Source: Felis catus (Eukaryota). From it: 64,000 nt of DNA. Positions 60,901-64,000 of the stretch are shown in pieces. Under the pieces are notes generated by a model. The model saw nothing but the letters and a program-made list of their open reading frames with translations. It made no database searches and was not told the origin of the DNA. The DNA is taken from positions 17,300,001-17,364,000 of the forward strand of contig NC_058368.1 in assembly GCF_018350175.1 (NCBI RefSeq), written 5' to 3'. A program made the translations under genes and the position numbers. Positions within the stretch are counted from its first letter, which is position 1; every line of letters starts with the position of its first letter.

Positions 60901-62451
60901 GCCCTTCTTGAATCTGAATTCTCCATTTCCCCACTTTCAGACCTCACTAACTCTTCCCTCCATTGTAGTTTCCTAACTGTTCTCCAGCCTCTACCATCTC
61001 CCTGCTGCCCTCAATCCACTGGGGTCCCTTTTGCAAATCATGTTCTGTGTTGCTTCTGCTTGCAAATGATCAGGGGCTGCCCGTTTTCCATAGTTCTTGG
61101 CCTGTTATGCAAGAATGCGGCACAGCCACCACTGGCTCTGACCTCAGCCTTGGCCCTCATCATTTGCCCTCTCGGGAACTCCATATACTTGAGCCACACC
61201 TCTGTTTAACCCACCACGCATGCTCAGGTCTTTCCTCCTCCTCATCCTTCTGAGACGTCCTTCCTTTTCGCTGCTGTCAACACCTGCTCAGCCCGCACGC
61301 TCACCTTTGTCTTCTCGGGGGTGCTGTCCTGCTGCCTCCAACACACCTTCGAGAACCTCTGAACCACAGCTGCTGTCTCCTGGTACAGTTGCTGCACCCC
61401 TCACCACCCCCGCAATGCCATCCACCATCCTCCTGACTGAGTTTCTCAGACTGCAATATGCATGCAGTTCACCTAGGACAGTTTAAACTTCTTGAGATTT
61501 TGATTTTGTCAATTTAAGGTGAGACCCCCAGAATTTACATTTAAACCGCACCCCCCCCCGCCTCCACCTAGGGCCTTGCAATACAGATTTGTGACCACCT
61601 TTAGGAAACATTGCCACTCATAAAGAGGAGTGTTTAGGACATTGTAAATTGTAACCCCTTGAGTTGAGAAATCAATTAGTGGGTCATGACCAGTTTTCCT
61701 TCCCCTTTCTGTTTATGCAATATATCATTTAGAATAGAAACAAAAATAAAAAGTTACCCAAAAAAACCACTCTCCTAGAAGGCAGGATGCTCAACAATAT
61801 TTGTTAAGTAAAGGACATTCAGGAAGACTTTTTAAAATGCTACTAGATGGTGGAAAACTCAGATGACCATAACACTTAAATTTTATTTTAAACTTATATA
61901 GACCCTGGAAAAGACAAAATCAGAGTTTTGGAGTGAAACTAGATTGTCAGTAAAATCTCTGATAACATTATCATTTTAGAAAAAGGCTCACCATGTATTC
62001 TCAGCTGAAATCTTGGGAAGATTCAGTCCTTAAATTATCAACATTCTAGACATGTACTGACTTTTCTTTATTCTCTCTGAGAAAATTATAGTTGGCAAGA
62101 AAAAGAAATGTCAAAACATGCCTTTAAACTGATACATACTCCTAAGCTTTCCCCTTAAATACACATTTGAACTTTATTTTTCAACAAGAATTTTGAAAAT
62201 GCTTTTTAAAGACTAGATATGAGGTCATTCTTAAGAATTTATGTTTATATATTGAAAGTATTTCTTGAAAGAAAAGTACAGAAAGGCCCAGTCAAAATTA
62301 TTTAAAACTAATTTTTTGAAAATGTTATTTATAGGAGAAAGTTCATCAGGTTTTTTCTCCTCCTTGTTTTTCTTATCTACAAAATAATGGATGCAACTTG
62401 AAAAAAATAAAAGGTGTACTATAAATTAATGTATGTAAGAAATGTATAGCA

Positions 62452-62669
62452 GGGGCGCCTGGGTGGCTCAATCCGTTAAGCATCTGACTTCTGCTCAGGT
62501 CATGATCTCGTGATCCATGGATTTGAGCCCCACGTCGGGCTCTATGCTGACAGCTCAGAGGCTGGAGCCTGCTTCGGATTCTGTGTCTCCGTCTTTCTCT
62601 GCTCCTCATCCATTCACACTCTATCTCTCTCTGTCTCTCAAAAATAAATAAACGTTAAAAAAAAGAACA
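62452..62669 (+). mobile_element. CanSINE (SINEC_Fc-like)
   Basis: Perfect 15-bp TSD aagaaatgtatagca at 62437 and 62670. Confidence 0.95.
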
Positions 62670-63169
62670 AAGAAATGTATAGCAAAGGACGTCAGATTTC
62701 CTCATAATCCCATCCTTAGGAAATAACCAGTTAGCAGCTTGACGTATATTCTTTCTTGTTTTTCTGTGCATTAACAATACACACATACATTTTAATAAGA
62801 TGAATCGTGTTACGCGTACCATTCTATATCTACCGTGTAAGACTTTTTATTACAGAAATGTAAAAAATAATACAGCATAACATGCACTCTGTCTAAAACT
62901 AATGGCTACCGTTTTTTCATAGTTGCTTCAGATGTTTTAAAGGAATCAAACACTTTTCATAAAATGGAAGACCCCTCTGGTCTTCAACTACCATTGCCTC
63001 CCAAAGCAGCAACGATCATGAATTGGGTTTGCATATCTTACAACTTTGTTGTTGTTGTTTTTGTTGTTGTTGTTTTAATTCGCACAGTCTTTTCAAGATC
63101 TGCTATTTTGATGCATTTAGATGAGGTTTGGGCTTCTTGGTTTTTGTTTTGTTTTGTTTTGTTTTGTTT

Positions 63170-64000
63170 TAGTATGGTTGATATACAATGTTACCTTAGT
63201 TTCAGGTATACAACTTAGTCATTCCATTTACATGAGTTTTAATTATCCACTCCTTTACTCAGGGACATTTGGGTTTTCCCCTTGTTTTTTAAGTATGAAT
63301 AATGTTGCATTAAACATACTTGCAAATGTTTCTATGTATCCATGTGCAGAATTTTTGTAGGATATTTACCAAACGGTAGAATTGATGGCTCAGGCTGGAT
63401 GTACAATTTCCATTTTATGAGATGTTGCAAAATCTCTCTAAAGTGATTGAATCTATTTGTACTCCCACCAGCAGTATCTGACAATGCCTGTTTTCTCATC
63501 CTGTTGAACTGTTTAGGTTTTGCTAACCTTACAAGTATTAAATAATGTCCCATTTTAAGGTTACTTGCATTATGACAACGGAAGTTTCCTCTTCTGAGAC
63601 TTAAATGTTTATATAACTTTATATTATATATGTGTGTGTATATATATATAAAGTCTAATACACACACACATATATGTATATATGTTTATATATAATCCAG
63701 TATTTCCATTTGCTATTAGAATTTTTGTTATAGATTTATGGGAGTTTTAATTTATTTTGGATACCGATCTTTTGTTTTGGGGAGCAGGGACACATACGTA
63801 CATTAGGCAAAGATTACGTTGTGATTTTTTTTCGATATTTCTACAAATTTTTCTGACTCATCTATCATTTTCTGAGTTGTGCAATTAAAGAACCCTCTAT
63901 AATTGTAGATTAGTCAATGTTTTCCTGTAATCCTGTCAATTTTTGCTTTATGTATTTCAATACAAATTTGAAATTATTATATAATCTTGGTGAACTGTCT
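63170..64000 (-). mobile_element. L1 3'-region relics, antisense, running off the window end
   Basis: gatatacaatgttaccttagtttcaggtatacaac (L1 3' terminus), then gggacatttgggttttcccc, gtagaattgatggctc and tactcccaccagcagtat. Confidence 0.75.

Larger units (their letters stand above)
1..64000 (+). other. FREM2: Internal portion of the FREM2 transcription unit (partial upstream intron, four coding exons, partial downstream intron)
   Basis: Four in-frame GT-AG exons give a continuous peptide GGNKL...WISFEKEYY...[17 protein letters not shown]...[12 protein letters not shown]...CYTQQGTA...[11 protein letters not shown]...PDKDD, recognised as FREM2. No start, stop or other FREM2 exon was found in the window. 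Confidence 0.93.

Overview
Mammalian, not microbial, DNA. The carnivore tRNA-Lys-derived CanSINEs carry felid-type diagnostic positions, so this is most likely a cat-family genome. The whole 64 kb lies inside one large + strand gene, FREM2 (FRAS1-related extracellular matrix protein 2). Four internal coding exons are readable with GT-AG junctions: 17287-17433, 24740-24970, 38949-39074 and 40136-40387 (147, 231, 126 and 252 nt, all phase 1-1; probably human exons 3-6, numbering from memory). They splice in frame and encode the first two Calx-beta domains. The 126-nt exon is missing from the supplied ORF track. The rest is intron: about 33 CanSINEs (many with readable target-site duplications), MER82, MER20 and MER5A DNA transposons, L2, MIR and L1 relics, several LTR relics including a solo ERV1-type LTR with a 4-bp TSD, and microsatellites. 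Nearly all other ORFs in the track are repeat or low-complexity artefacts. I found no new protein-coding system. The best leads are testable hypotheses: an inverted-SINE-flanked exon pair whose circle would be a stop-free 126-codon Calx-beta ORF, an intronic CpG/G16 patch, a sense LTR poly(A) signal, a pre-miRNA-like hairpin and several retrotransposition oddities. Repeat family names come from recognising consensus sequences by eye and need RepeatMasker/Dfam confirmation.
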